Positions 28,501 through 40,108 of a DNA stretch of 64,000 bases are shown here, in pieces. How positions within the stretch are numbered: position 1 is the first letter of the stretch; every line of letters begins with the position of its first letter. The notes beneath the pieces are model-generated. The model had not been told where the DNA came from and searched no databases. It saw only the letters and a list, made by a program, of their open reading frames with translations. Location: NCBI GenBank assembly GCA_051294375.1, contig CM119269.1, positions 6,185,919-6,249,918 on the forward strand, written 5' to 3'. Both the position numbers and the translations under genes were made by a program. This DNA comes from Paraspadella gotoi (lineage: Eukaryota > Animalia > Chaetognatha).

Positions 28501-29697
28501 CATCAGTTAAGCAACTAAACTGTAATGCGCTATACTTTATTTTTTTGTCTGTTTGAAGATTTCAAAAGACAAAATGATTTTTATTCTTTTTGGTTTTTTT
28601 TTTTGTTTTTTTTCAATTTTCGCGTTCAGATGGAACTTCCTCCACTCGCGTGCTTCACCTTGGCTCTCGGCGAGCAAGAAAAAGATCCTTATGAGGTTAA
28701 TCTCAGACGTTTAATTATCATATTTAAAAGCGTTGACAACATAGAACATTTGTTGATTAAAAAATAACGTTTTTTGGTTGTTCGCCAGCTGAACGAAAAA
28801 CAGGTGAAATGTTTAACTTGTGGCGGTTATCGGTTGACCACAAACTTGTCTTCAGATAATTTTAGAGTGAAAGTAATTTAAAATCTGCTTTGCTGGAGAG
28901 GCGAAATTTTCTTGATACCGGAACTAAGAACTAATCTGTAATTATTAACTTTGTAACTGACAACTGACTTAGGCCATACTGGATGAAAAAGTATCAAATA
29001 ATACATAAAATTCAACGCTAATGCTACCTTTCTACCCGTTCTCCCCCCCCCCACGAGCAGGAGCGTTTGAGAATATCCGTCCAGAAAAAAGCCGAGGGCC
29101 GGAAGTCCGTGCAGAAGCGACTCAAGTCAATGTACGAGACGGCGTTGTCCAACGCTGCTTCTACTAGAGTCATCCTCGACGCCAAACCGGAAGTGAGGGC
29201 GCTCATCGACGGTCCATCCGTCAAGGAGTTGGTGAGTATCGGCTCGGGAGGTATTCAGAAAGTAGTAAAGTTAGTAAGACGGAAGAAAAGGATTGGAAAC
29301 TTAAGAGAGGATCAGGATGAACAGAGCGAATGAACTATAATAATATAATTGCATATATACTTATATAGCCAGAATAACAGAGGAGCTTAAGTAATCATCG
29401 AGTAAGTAACGTTGGAAAAAAGAAAAAAAAGTCAGTGAGGAAGGCTCGAGAATGATGAGACTTGAATCAAGGCAAATGAAAAAAAAATCAGACTTCGAAG
29501 GAGTTTTGTCATAAAAAAATCCAAAATAAGGATACAAGTTTTCCTTGTTGCTAAGATTAACAGTGATTATTAATGATTTTACTAATATTAATAATATTAT
29601 CGATTTTTCTTTGGTACTAAAAAATCATTTGACTTTCCAGGAATTTGAGGGAAAAAAAAGTTTCTCGAAAATATGTACAACATCAAAATATTTTTAA
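25583..29697 (+). CDS. Uncharacterised protein, ~13 exons, with coiled-coil-like segment
   Basis: In-phase GT-AG exon chain: MSTASERPEARR..RRQLA|MSMKLGTESD..|..EETRKE|RNLQTLSDLEKLKKYYYNEY..|..RIPKSHYYL|IIGLEDQLRQQGKLKSQSDYDEFW..|..QKYPK|MELPPLACFTL..|QERLRISVQ..VKEL|EFEG..YF*. Last exon uncertain; no domain recognised. Confidence 0.8.
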
Positions 29698-30073
29698 AGA
29701 GAGAAAAACGACGATAACAAAAAGAGAAAAGACAAAAGTAAAAATAACAATACGAGTCAGAATGAATCAAAGAGCGTAGGTCGGTTAACTTTTTGACGAT
29801 TTAGGTAAGTTCAATAGTCGTTAAGGTTGTTGTCGTTGTTGTTTATCGTTGTTGTCACCAAAACTCTAAGCAGACTATTTTAATCTCGAATGTCAATGAT
29901 CAATATAGTAGTACTTGTTGGCGCATGGGTACTGGGTAACCACATTTTGTATTTACTTCTAACCACAATGAATATAGGTAGTAAGTTGGTTAATGGTTAT
30001 GTAAACCGCGGCGATCAAATCCTCAAATAGTTCCTTCTTCAAATCTAAAACATTTTGGGCGAACGAAAAAAAA

Positions 30074-31025
30074 ATGTCAGATGTCAATAACTCACCTCTG
30101 CACAAAATCGTGATGGCGGGTTGTGGCGGAGTGGGCAAGTCCACACTGACCCTTCAATTTATGTACGGAGAGTTTGTCGAAAGCTACGAACCGACGAAGG
30201 CAGACTCTTATTGCAAGCGCATTCGCCTTGATCCGGTTAGTTTATGATGAATAACAAAAATTTCTTCTGACATGACACGTGACACACGACACTGAGTGAA
30301 TCAAATTCTACTTCATAGAAAGGTGATACTAAACAGCATAACCGACTCATTAAAGCCCGAGTTCTTTGTCGCAAATTCATGTCGTTGGTCTCCAGCATAC
30401 AGAAAAAAACGACTTGGGATATTAATCCTGCAACCCCCTTTTCTAAGGCCAATGTCCACGAAGATCGCGTGGACATTTTGGACACGGCGGGACAAGAGGA
30501 CTACTCTTGCGTCTGGGATCAATACTTCCGCGCGGGCGAGGGATTCCTCATCGTTTTCAGCGTCGTCGAGCGAGAGTCGTTTGAAGCAATAGACGGATTT
30601 CGCGATCGAATCCTGCGCGTGAAGGACGAGTCGACCGCGCCCATCTTGTTGGTCGGGAAATGAAAAAAAATGAAAGAAAGACATATCAATTAAATTAATT
30701 AAAATACAAGTGAAGCAAATATTACTAAAGAAAAGAAAGAGATGGAAAAGAAAGGAAGAAAATAAGAATCAAAAGGAAAACACTCTTCCACATTTTTGAG
30801 GTCGGCAATAAAGCGGATCTCCACTCGCGGCGTCAAGTGAAGTCGGCGGACGCAACGCAAAAAGCAGACGAGTGGGGCGTGGTCTACGTGGAGACCTCCG
30901 CCAAGACGAATGTCAACGTGGACACCGCATTTTTAAAGATGGCAGAGATGATTAAAGCGAGGAAAATGGGCGACACGCAGTTTAAAAACAAACTCAAGAA
31001 AAACAAAAAATGCGTCATTTTGTAA
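30074..31025 (+). CDS. RAL: Ral-family small GTPase (divergent), 3 coding exons
   Basis: GCGGVGKS P-loop, Ral effector loop [26 protein letters not shown], polybasic tail and CVIL CaaX. Introns 30236-30448 and ~30652-30800. Confidence 0.92.
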
Positions 31026-31221
31026 ATTTATCGTTTTTATCAGTTTCATATAAATAAAGAAGTCGAAAAGTTATGATAAAATTTTTTATTCAGAAAAAAG
31101 TCAATAGAACCTTTACGTAGTAGAAGGGACATTTTCTCGAGAATGATAAACGTTAATTTCTGAAGATATAAAATATTTTAATTTTATAAAATACCACCCT
31201 ATAACGTCCCAGGCCCAATGG

Positions 31222-32362
31222 ATGCTTTCTCTGTCAAGTTCGAGATTCCTTCTAACGCCTTCATTTATCGACAATGAAAGCCCAAGTTATACGTCATTTA
31301 ACCAGTTAAGGCTGACTTAATATTTAATTCAACGTGTAATCTGAAGTAATAATCATTTTAATTATATTTAGGATTCAGTCAAGATATGATCAAGAATTAG
31401 CACCCCAGGATGCATCACATAGTTATACAGAAACTCGAGAAAATAGGTGAGGGGAAGAAGAAGCTAATAAAAGCGTTATGACAATTCAAAATAGAAAAAA
31501 ATTTCAAATTATTTTTCCAGAAGTCTCATGACCGATGAAGTGATAACCGATAATGTCGATTTATCTGGAATAAAATCTTTTTCTCAAATAACTCATCAAA
31601 GGTACATGTTGATATTATAATTATTGTATCGCGAAAAAAGTGCAACATTTGTAAATTTTGTCTAAGTCGAAATTTTTTGTTTCAGCTCTAAAACTTTCCA
31701 GTCGAGGGAATCTCGAGATTATCAGAAGGTAAAACAAATATATTTTATTAGTGGTATATCTTTGGTCTTTACTTGCCAGCAGTAAAATAATAAGAATTAA
31801 TAACTTCAATTTGATTTAATAAATCCCACAACGAATTGCCTTATACTAAACTAAACTGCATTTCAAATATATTTTAATTGTATTGCTCATCATATGTAAA
31901 GAATCAACATTCATATTTATTTCACAGAAAGAATCTTACATTCGAGAGGACTCTGAAATAAACAGATCAAGCACTCTCTCAGGCGAGTTGTATTTATTGT
32001 TGTATTCAATAATTTACCCTCTAGTTATAACAAAAAAATTGTATGAAATACAAATATCTAAAGTACATGGAATTGAAAAATACTTCAAAAACTCTCCAGG
32101 CACGACATCGACGAAAACTATGAAACCTCAAATTCCACTTAGTATTGATGAAATCGCTTTGTCATGTTCGACAAAGGTAGTGTAGATTATGATAGAAAAT
32201 GGCTACTATTATTACTAAAGAACATTCAAAATTTAATTTAATCTTAATTCAGTCAAAAATCATTGATCTTTCAATTTTTTTCAGGAGGCCAAAACTCTGA
32301 GTAGCCTATGGAATAATCCAGAAGGAAGACGCGTTTGGAACGACCTTATTCCCAGCGATTAG
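31222..32362 (+). CDS. Orphan 7-exon gene (~200 aa)
   Basis: MLSLSSSRFLLTPSFIDNESPSYTSFN|QIQSRYDQE..|RSLMTDEV..|SSKTFQSRESRDYQK|KESYIRED..|VITKKLYE..CSTK|EAKTLSSLWNNPEGRRVWNDLIPSD*. Splice phases are consistent and aataaa follows the stop. Confidence 0.6.
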
Positions 32363-32870
32363 ATTATAAATAAATTGTGCTTTTGAATTCGATTGATAAT
32401 TTTTAATAAAATTTATTTGAAATATCAAAAAATATTTTGAGAGAAAAAACTAATGGTTTGGCAACAACAAAAATAAAAGCAGGTATACATATTGTGAAAA
32501 AAATCACTAATTCAATCTCTGCCATTATCAAGTTGATATGTAATTATTTAATATTACATAATTGCTATCTTTACTCTTTAGGGATAATTATTTTTCACCC
32601 CAATTCATATAAAATACAGAAATGAAAATTAAAACATATTTATATTCAAAACTTTTTGAGTCAACAATCAATCAAGTAAAGAGCCAAAACAAAATAGAAA
32701 TGAGCAAAAACTTTTTGAAAAAGGCATGTCATCGTAAAATAAAAACAAATCTTTAAAAGTCTAATTTTCTTCCATGGAAGATTCAATCACGTTCGCGACA
32801 AAGAAAATAGTTTATCAACTTTATATGATGATAGTGATGTGCCATGTGGAATTGTGGATAGCACGTCCAG

Positions 32871-35087
32871 TTACTTCTTTTTTTTCTCGAACGAAAGTTT
32901 TCGTTGTTTGCCGGAGAAATACTTGTTTTCAAAAGCGGCGACGTCGAATTTTCTCTTACAGCCCGCATAGTTCATGTACCTGGAAAAAAAAAGTATACGT
33001 ATTTTACCCTAAAATATACACGTTTTATTCGTTAACTACAACTTACAGTACGAACAATAATATGCATCGAACCGTAAATTTTAAAAACCTTATTTTTCCG
33101 AATATGGGTCGTTCTTTCCAGCCCATATCGTGAGTTCCGACCACGCTCCACATGCAACCAACGTAACCGTTAGGGCATCTTCCGTCGATGGCAAACTTGT
33201 CGTTGAAGAGGATTGCAATTCTGAGAGCCTCAGCTGGGGTCGAAGCCCATTCCAAGATCTTTTTCGCCCAATACATCCTGGAGTATGCAAAATGTTAATT
33301 TTTTGTTATCATTATACAATATATATGTACATTAAACATTGAATGCTATTTCCATTAAACCTTAAAAATCCGTGCATCCTTCCCTCGTTGACGAGCTGTT
33401 TCTGTGCGGCATTCCACAAGTAATCATACGTCTCTGCTTTCTCAAATTGCTCCTCCGTGTACAGGTAATCGCGCTTGTCTTTAGCGTGAAGCTGCAAGGA
33501 CTCTCGAGCCCAATTGGCAGCGCCGTCTAAAGAATCGTACTTTGACTGGTAAAAGCAAAAGTTATCGCTCAACTCCTTGCGGACGACCGCCTCTTCGATG
33601 TAGGAGTCGACGCTCTCAGAATACTTTGTCTTCAGCGGTTTGACGGTCAGAATGCAGCGATGCATGGAGAGGTGACCGTAATTGACCCAGGGTGAGAGAT
33701 CGCTGGTGCATTCTTTGTTCGGATCGTTTCTGTCCTTGGCGAAAAACTTCAGATTCTTTTTAATGAAGCGGTCCAAAGCTTTGAAGCCGGCCTTGGCGCC
33801 GCCTTTGGCCCAGTCCACCGGCGCGACCGTAGAATCGATTCCAGACTCAACCAAAGTCTTCTCAATGGCCGCCCAGTCGCACTTCTCGCGGGCGGTCGCG
33901 TCGCCGCGAGTATGTTTAACGACCGGGGGGAACGGTTTTAGGTATTCAGCCAGATGCTTGTGAATCTTCGGACGTAAGGTGCGAGCACCGATCTCGAGTC
34001 GATCGCTTGCGATCCAGCACGGAACGATGTTGTGCGCGTCTACCTGCCACATAGGCACCTCCCGCTCGTCCAAAAGGGAAGCGACCGTCTCGAGCCATTT
34101 GAGAGAATGACGTAGGGGAGAGAAATCGGTGACAACTGCGCGAGCGTCAAGACGCTTAATGAGCGCCACCACGTCGGGCATTTCGTCCTCGGAACCGAGT
34201 AACAAGTTCCAGCCGATATTGAGCCGGGCGCACTCGGCCTCGACCTCTTTAAGGCCTTCTATTTGAAACGCCGCCATGCGTCGATTGAGTAGGTTCATCT
34301 TGTTAGGGACGAAACCAACGACAACGTCGAGACTAGTATTCCACCTCATCGCCAACTCTTGGGCGTGGAGCATCGCCCAGTTGTCCTGGACGCGTTGGTC
34401 GCGCGACATCCAGTAAATGATGCCTCCAAGTGCGTCCTCCTTAGCGCGATCCGTCGTTTTTGTCACGAGGCGAAGGCGCTTGGGATTAACGGCGGACGAC
34501 GCCTCCGTTAGTCGCTCCGAGGCGACGGTGGAAAAGAGAGATACATCGGAGTCTAAAAATTTTTTTAAAGATTTTTTTTACATTTTTTTACACCACTACA
34601 ACTTGTAGTACAAGTCAATCGCCCCATCCACAAATGAATAATTGGCGTTCAAAGCTAAGGGGGGACGGACGGACGGACGGACATACAGAGAGACAGATTT
34701 TTTAAAAAAATTATCTAAGGAGACGAATAATTAAATAATTCGATGTTCTGACATGATCTAAGTGACTTACCGAGAAGATTGTGGGGGCATACCGACGGAC
34801 CGACAAAGTGAATTATAGAATTATATAACCTGCTTACAGTTACTGCTGCTTACAGCAGATTCAGCTAAAAATACTTTTAGCGAATAAAAACAATTTTTTT
34901 CAGGTTTTAGACAATTGTCTCGTCTGCACTTACCGTTCTCTCCATTTACTTTTACTTGTTTCGCCTCTGGGAGTGATTCTTTAGCATTCCTTTTTCTTTT
35001 ATTGTTAGAACTCGACATGACCAGTTTGCTTTTGGACGGAATAGTTCTTAAAAGAAATGTTTTAATTCCCGTAAAAACAGTAAACAT
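32871..35087 (-). CDS. phr: Class II CPD photolyase, 4 exons
   Basis: [73 protein letters not shown]|[30 protein letters not shown]|[12 protein letters not shown]; stop TAA 32871-32873. Confidence 0.96.
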
Positions 35088-35848
35088 TTAAGCAGCCATA
35101 ATTTTAAAAAAATGTAAGAACCCCCTCCTATAAATATAAATAAATTTCTAAATATAAGTATAAATTGTTTTCAAAATAAGAATTTTAGGTAACAGTATTT
35201 ATTAGGTAATTTTAAAGTTTCTGAATTGTGGAAAATGCAGCGTTTCTTGTTCACGTTACTTGCGCCGGTTTTTATTGCGCTTTTTGTTCAAAGATGAAAT
35301 TGTAAAATAACTTTAGTTGAGAGACAAAAACTTTAAAATATTAAAATATATTTAGGTTATTTATTTCTTATATAGAATGATAATTATTTTGGACATGAAA
35401 CTCAATATTAGAATTTTATATTCTAATTTGATTGAAAATTCTCAAGTGATTCAGCGCGGTGTTGCAACTGCTTCTGTTCATTTGTTCGAGTTACGAAAGA
35501 CAAGTGACTCAATCAATGGCCTCGTCCCTTTGACGTCTCTCCTCTTTCTGTCTGAAAGACTTACATTTTCCTTATTTTAAACAACTGTGATTATTTCTAT
35601 TCATGTTGTTTTTCTCTTTTCCCTTACAAAAAAATACACTTGTGTAAAGACAATATTTCATACTTATATATACTATATATATATTTTACTCTTTTGAGTA
35701 AATAAAGTACTACCTCCCTTGGACGGAATTCGTCAAATCCGTCAAAAATTTAACCAATCTTGATATGTTCCGGTTTTACGCTGATAATGCTACAATTTGA
35801 TCTTATCAAACTTGTCAAAATTTTCAGTAAAGCAAGCTTTTCGCAACA

Positions 35849-37838
35849 ATGGCGCAGTTCGCTGCCAAAGAGATGATGAAATCCGCCTTTTTAAAGGTGA
35901 GAGCGCCTCTAAACGCCGGCCTGGGCACTCGTGGCGCGCAAGCGGCCGCCGCGACTCAAGCGTCGCCTCAAATGAAGAAGTTTCAAATCTACAGATTTAA
36001 TCCCGAAGTTCCAGGCGCAAAACCATACAAGCAAACGTATGAAGGTTGGTTCATTAAGATTATTTTTTTTCTTTACCGGTTGATTACAAGTAATGCACGA
36101 CCTTGAACAATAACAGGGGTCAATTTTACTTTCGCCGACCGGGGTGAGGGGACGGGTTTAGGGTTAGGGCTCAGTTAGGGGACTTATTTTTACATTCGCC
36201 GACCGAGATTTTTTGGCCGGTTATTTGTTTTTCGCTACCATTGAGCGACGTATAAAAAGGTCACTACGCAAAAATAAAAAAGACACTGGCAAGGTTAAAA
36301 AAATTTATTAGAAATTTTATTTCGAAACCTCCCCTAATCCCTAACTACCCCTAATATATGTAACATCAAAATATTGGTTTTTTTTTTTCCTTTCATTTGT
36401 TGCATTATTTGTTTCAGGTGGAAAATGAATTGTTTGTTTACATACGAGTTTTTTTAAGAAACATAAATTTCAGACATGTTTCGGCTTCAATCAGCGCAAA
36501 AACGTATTGATTTGTGAAACATATTTTTATAGATTTTGAAGTTTGGAGAGAGAGAGTCTGTAAAAATATTTGTTTCATAAATCAATTCATTTTTGCTCTG
36601 ATGAAGGCTTATATTGAAGCCAAAACATGTCCGAAATTGTTGTTTCTTAATAAAACTCATTGTACATAAACAAACAATTCATTTTCTACCTCAAACATAA
36701 AAATAGCAATTAAAATAAATTTAAAGCAATTATTATTAATTATAAAAATTTTATTACTGCACAAAAAAGTGTATATTACTGCGCAAACTGCGACTCGACG
36801 CGAGAGGGAAAACAAAATTAAATGGATTAACAAAGCACCGACCGTTGGTAGCTAAGGTTGGTTGCGGACGTCGAATAGTAAAGTTACCCGGTTAGGGATT
36901 AGTCTAGAGAGTTTATGGGATTAGTCTAGAGGGTTTATAGTTATGGTAATTAAGTAATATTTTTAAAAAAATTTTTAAAATTTAAGTATTTTTAAGTAGT
37001 TTTTCAAAAGTAAAATTTTACCAATGTTATCATAACACAATCGCGGCACAACCTATAAAACCCACAGTACCCTTTCACTCCTTCGGTACCGTTTCACTTT
37101 CTAGTCGACCTCAACGAATGCGGACCCATGGTTTTGGATGCCTTGATCAAAATCAAGAACGAAATGGATCCGACATTGACTTTTCGCCGTTCCTGCCGAG
37201 AAGGGATTTGTGGTTCTTGTTCAATGAACATCCACGGCTCGAACACGCTGGCTTGTTTATCTAGAATCGACCCGAACCCTAGCAAGGTCATCAAGATATA
37301 TCCTTTGCCACATATGTACGTCGTGAAGGACCTCGTACCGGGTAAGTTTACTCCTCATATAACATTCCGAATCTTGTGTGCTGTGATAATGACTTTAATG
37401 ATATACTCTTTTTCAGACATGAATAATTTCTATGCCCAGTATAAATACATTCAGCCCTACTTGCAAAGGGATGGAAAGCAAGAATTCGGGAAGGAATCGC
37501 ACCTTCAGTCGATCGAGGATCGCGCCAAGCTCGACGGAATGTATGAGTGTATCTTGTGCGCCTGTTGCAGCACATCTTGTCCAAGCTATTGGTGGAATGG
37601 AGATAGATATCTCGGCCCGGCGGTTTTAATGCAAGCTTATCGCTGGGTACTTGACTCGCGAGACCAGAAGACGGAGGAGAGACTTGAGATGATGCAAAAT
37701 GCGTACTCCCTCTTCAAATGTCACACCATAATGAATTGCACGAAAACGTGTCCTAAACATTTGAACCCCGCCAAAGCGATTTCGGCCCTGAAGCTGATGA
37801 TGACCCGTCACAAGGGAGTTAAGGCCGCTACAGCTTAG
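35849..37838 (+). CDS. SDHB: Succinate dehydrogenase iron-sulfur subunit, mitochondrial, 3 exons
   Basis: Basic presequence, [43 protein letters not shown]; exons 35849-36044, 37105-37341, 37417-37838. Confidence 0.98.
36180..36889 (+). mobile_element. ~700 bp dispersed element (imperfect terminal IRs, ccctaa units, internal palindrome) nested in a TTAGGG-type element (36117-37022) in SDHB intron 1
   Basis: Collinear with the reverse complement of 40517-41155 (cttatttttacattcgccgacc ... ggacgtcgaatagtaaagttaccc). Confidence 0.75.
36598..36631 (+). ncRNA. Minimal type I hammerhead ribozyme-like motif (Penelope-type), core mutated
   Basis: CTGATGA-a-ggctt-atattg-aagcc-aAAAC-at-GTC; sister copies retain GAAAC. 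Confidence 0.6.
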
Positions 37839-38560
37839 ACTAATAGACCTAAATTATTTAATAAGTGTTTGACGGTCTATGATCTAAATAATTACAAAAA
37901 AATTGATTGCTAAACATCCTAACATTTATATCTGTATATTGTTCAATTAAATATGATCATGTGACAAAACTCTTACCCGTTTATTTCTGAATTAAGTTGT
38001 AGGTGTAAAGCGATTTCTATCGACTTATATCGAAAGAAAGCATATAATTTTAGAATTAAGTTTGAGAGACGTGCTCGTTTAGAGATGATTATCATTGACT
38101 GATCGAGCGACGAATACAACGCTCGACACACGACTTAAAGTTAAAATGTCATATTTTTTTAAAGATTTTAAATTCAATTTTACCGACATCACTTTTTTTT
38201 ATTGTTGTTATTTTTATACTTCCTCGACATTTTAATATTGTGCGTAGTTATCAATCTTTTTGTAATTTTTTTTAAAAAATCCTTGTTTTTTAGTATTTGA
38301 CTTTTGTTTTTCTTTTTCGATGATCGTCCATCTCGTGAAGAAGGAGCGAAAATATTTTTCATCAAGTCTCATACGTGTTTCCTCCGTCAAATACCCGGAT
38401 GAATACTCGTCAGCACAGCTCATTACGCAAACGCTAGAAAGTTCCCAAGAAGACGTTTCATTTATTTAAGTTTTAGTTTTGCTATCAGGTTTGTAATTTA
38501 ATAGTATTTTATGAGAATAGTCGGTCGATTTTGAAATTTTTTTTGCGAATAACAGTTAAC

Positions 38561-38970
38561 ATGGCTCGTGGACAGCAAAAGATTCAATCGCAACAAAAAG
38601 CTCAGGAGAAAGCGAAAAAGTTGGCGAAGGCAGGCGGTCCTGACCAGAAAAAGGCCGCTCTCGCTGCGTTGACGTTTCAATGTTCTGTGTGCAAGGTAAG
38701 TCGGTTTGGCTAGAAAATCTAGTGTTGGAATAGTAGCGTCAAGAACTCTACCTTAATTCAGACCGAGTTTTTCCCATAACTATGAGACAAACTTCTCGAA
38801 ATTTTACGAACTGCGATGTTTTATTGAAGGCCAACAAAGTTGTCGAATTTACAATTTGATTACTTTTTTTTTTCTAGTCTCAAATGCCAGACCCAAAAAC
38901 GTACAAGCAGCACTTCGAGAGTAAACATCCAAAATCTCCTCTTCCTGACAACCTTAAAGATCAACCATGA
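38561..38970 (+). CDS. ZNF706: Zinc finger protein 706 (small C2H2, 4F5-like N-terminus), 2 coding exons
   Basis: MARGQQKIQSQQKAQEK..FQCSVCK|SQMPDPKTYKQHFESKHPKSPLP; intron 38696-38877. Confidence 0.95.
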
Positions 38971-40108
38971 GGTACTGAAAATATCGAGTTAGTTGTATTT
39001 TACGAGTTCAAGATTCAAGCAGCATATGGTTTCTAATTTCTAAATTTACTGTTCCATACTGTACTCGTTTATTTTCTCTCAGAATCGTCCTCAAAACGAT
39101 GGGTCCACGTTGGCTTTGTGAAACCTGCACGCTTGGGCAGTGTATTTACGAATGTATTGCTTTGTTAGGGGAAGGGAATATTTGTATTTTTTTTTCGTAG
39201 CGTACCATGCCATAATGTTGCGAAACAATGTTTGCGTTGAGCTAGGTGGGTGAAGAGATGGATCTGAAACTAGGTTCGTTTTCTACTCATCTTGGCATTT
39301 CTCTTTTGTTTATTCTTATTTGTGTATACGATATCGAGCCTAGTTAGAACTACACAAAAAGGTAAGCATTTTATCGAATGATAGCGTTATCCCTAGGACA
39401 ACCCTATAAAAACTAATTCCTTAAGTTCATTCCAATGATATGTTTACTTATGACGTGTAATTTATAGTACGCTAAAACGTGCTCGATCATTAATTTGAAA
39501 CTTATTATATTTCAAACACTTTTAAAATGGCGATGCAATTAGATTTTTTTACGTGATTTTACAATATACAGTTAATGCTTCAAATAATTTACTTTAGTTA
39601 GTTCCTCTAATCCATTTCAGTATACTTCGTAAAACTAGTAGAACGTGAAGTCTCAAAACTATGACTTATGTTGTACTATTTATTGAGCAGTGACAGCGAG
39701 TAATGAGTATGCATATATTATTTCATATGTAACATTTGTTTTTATAATATTCTGTTAAAACGATCACTGCCGGAATTTACTACAATCTAAAGAGCTCGTA
39801 GCTGGTTTGATTCATTTACAAACAAAAGATTTAACTATCGCTGTAAGTCAGGACGTGAGCAAATATATCAGAAACGGTTCAATATTTTCAAAACTTGCTT
39901 GGAGTTCGATAGAGGTAAGGACTGGTGACCTTAATTCGGCTTGAAATGTTTTTTGGTCGAAATTCTAATAATTTTTATCAATTTAACAAATTCTAGTTCA
40001 TGAAAGTCGTTCCTCAAAAAGCAATCGAATCTTTATTAAGAATGTTTATTATTATTTATGTTATACATTACGCTTTCAAGGACAAAATTGTTTCTTCTTA
40101 AATATATC

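Noticed and set aside
38375-38414. Minus-strand CTGACGA plus stem (hammerhead-like)
   Set aside because: Stem is followed by GACG rather than GAAA, with no stem III/GUH.
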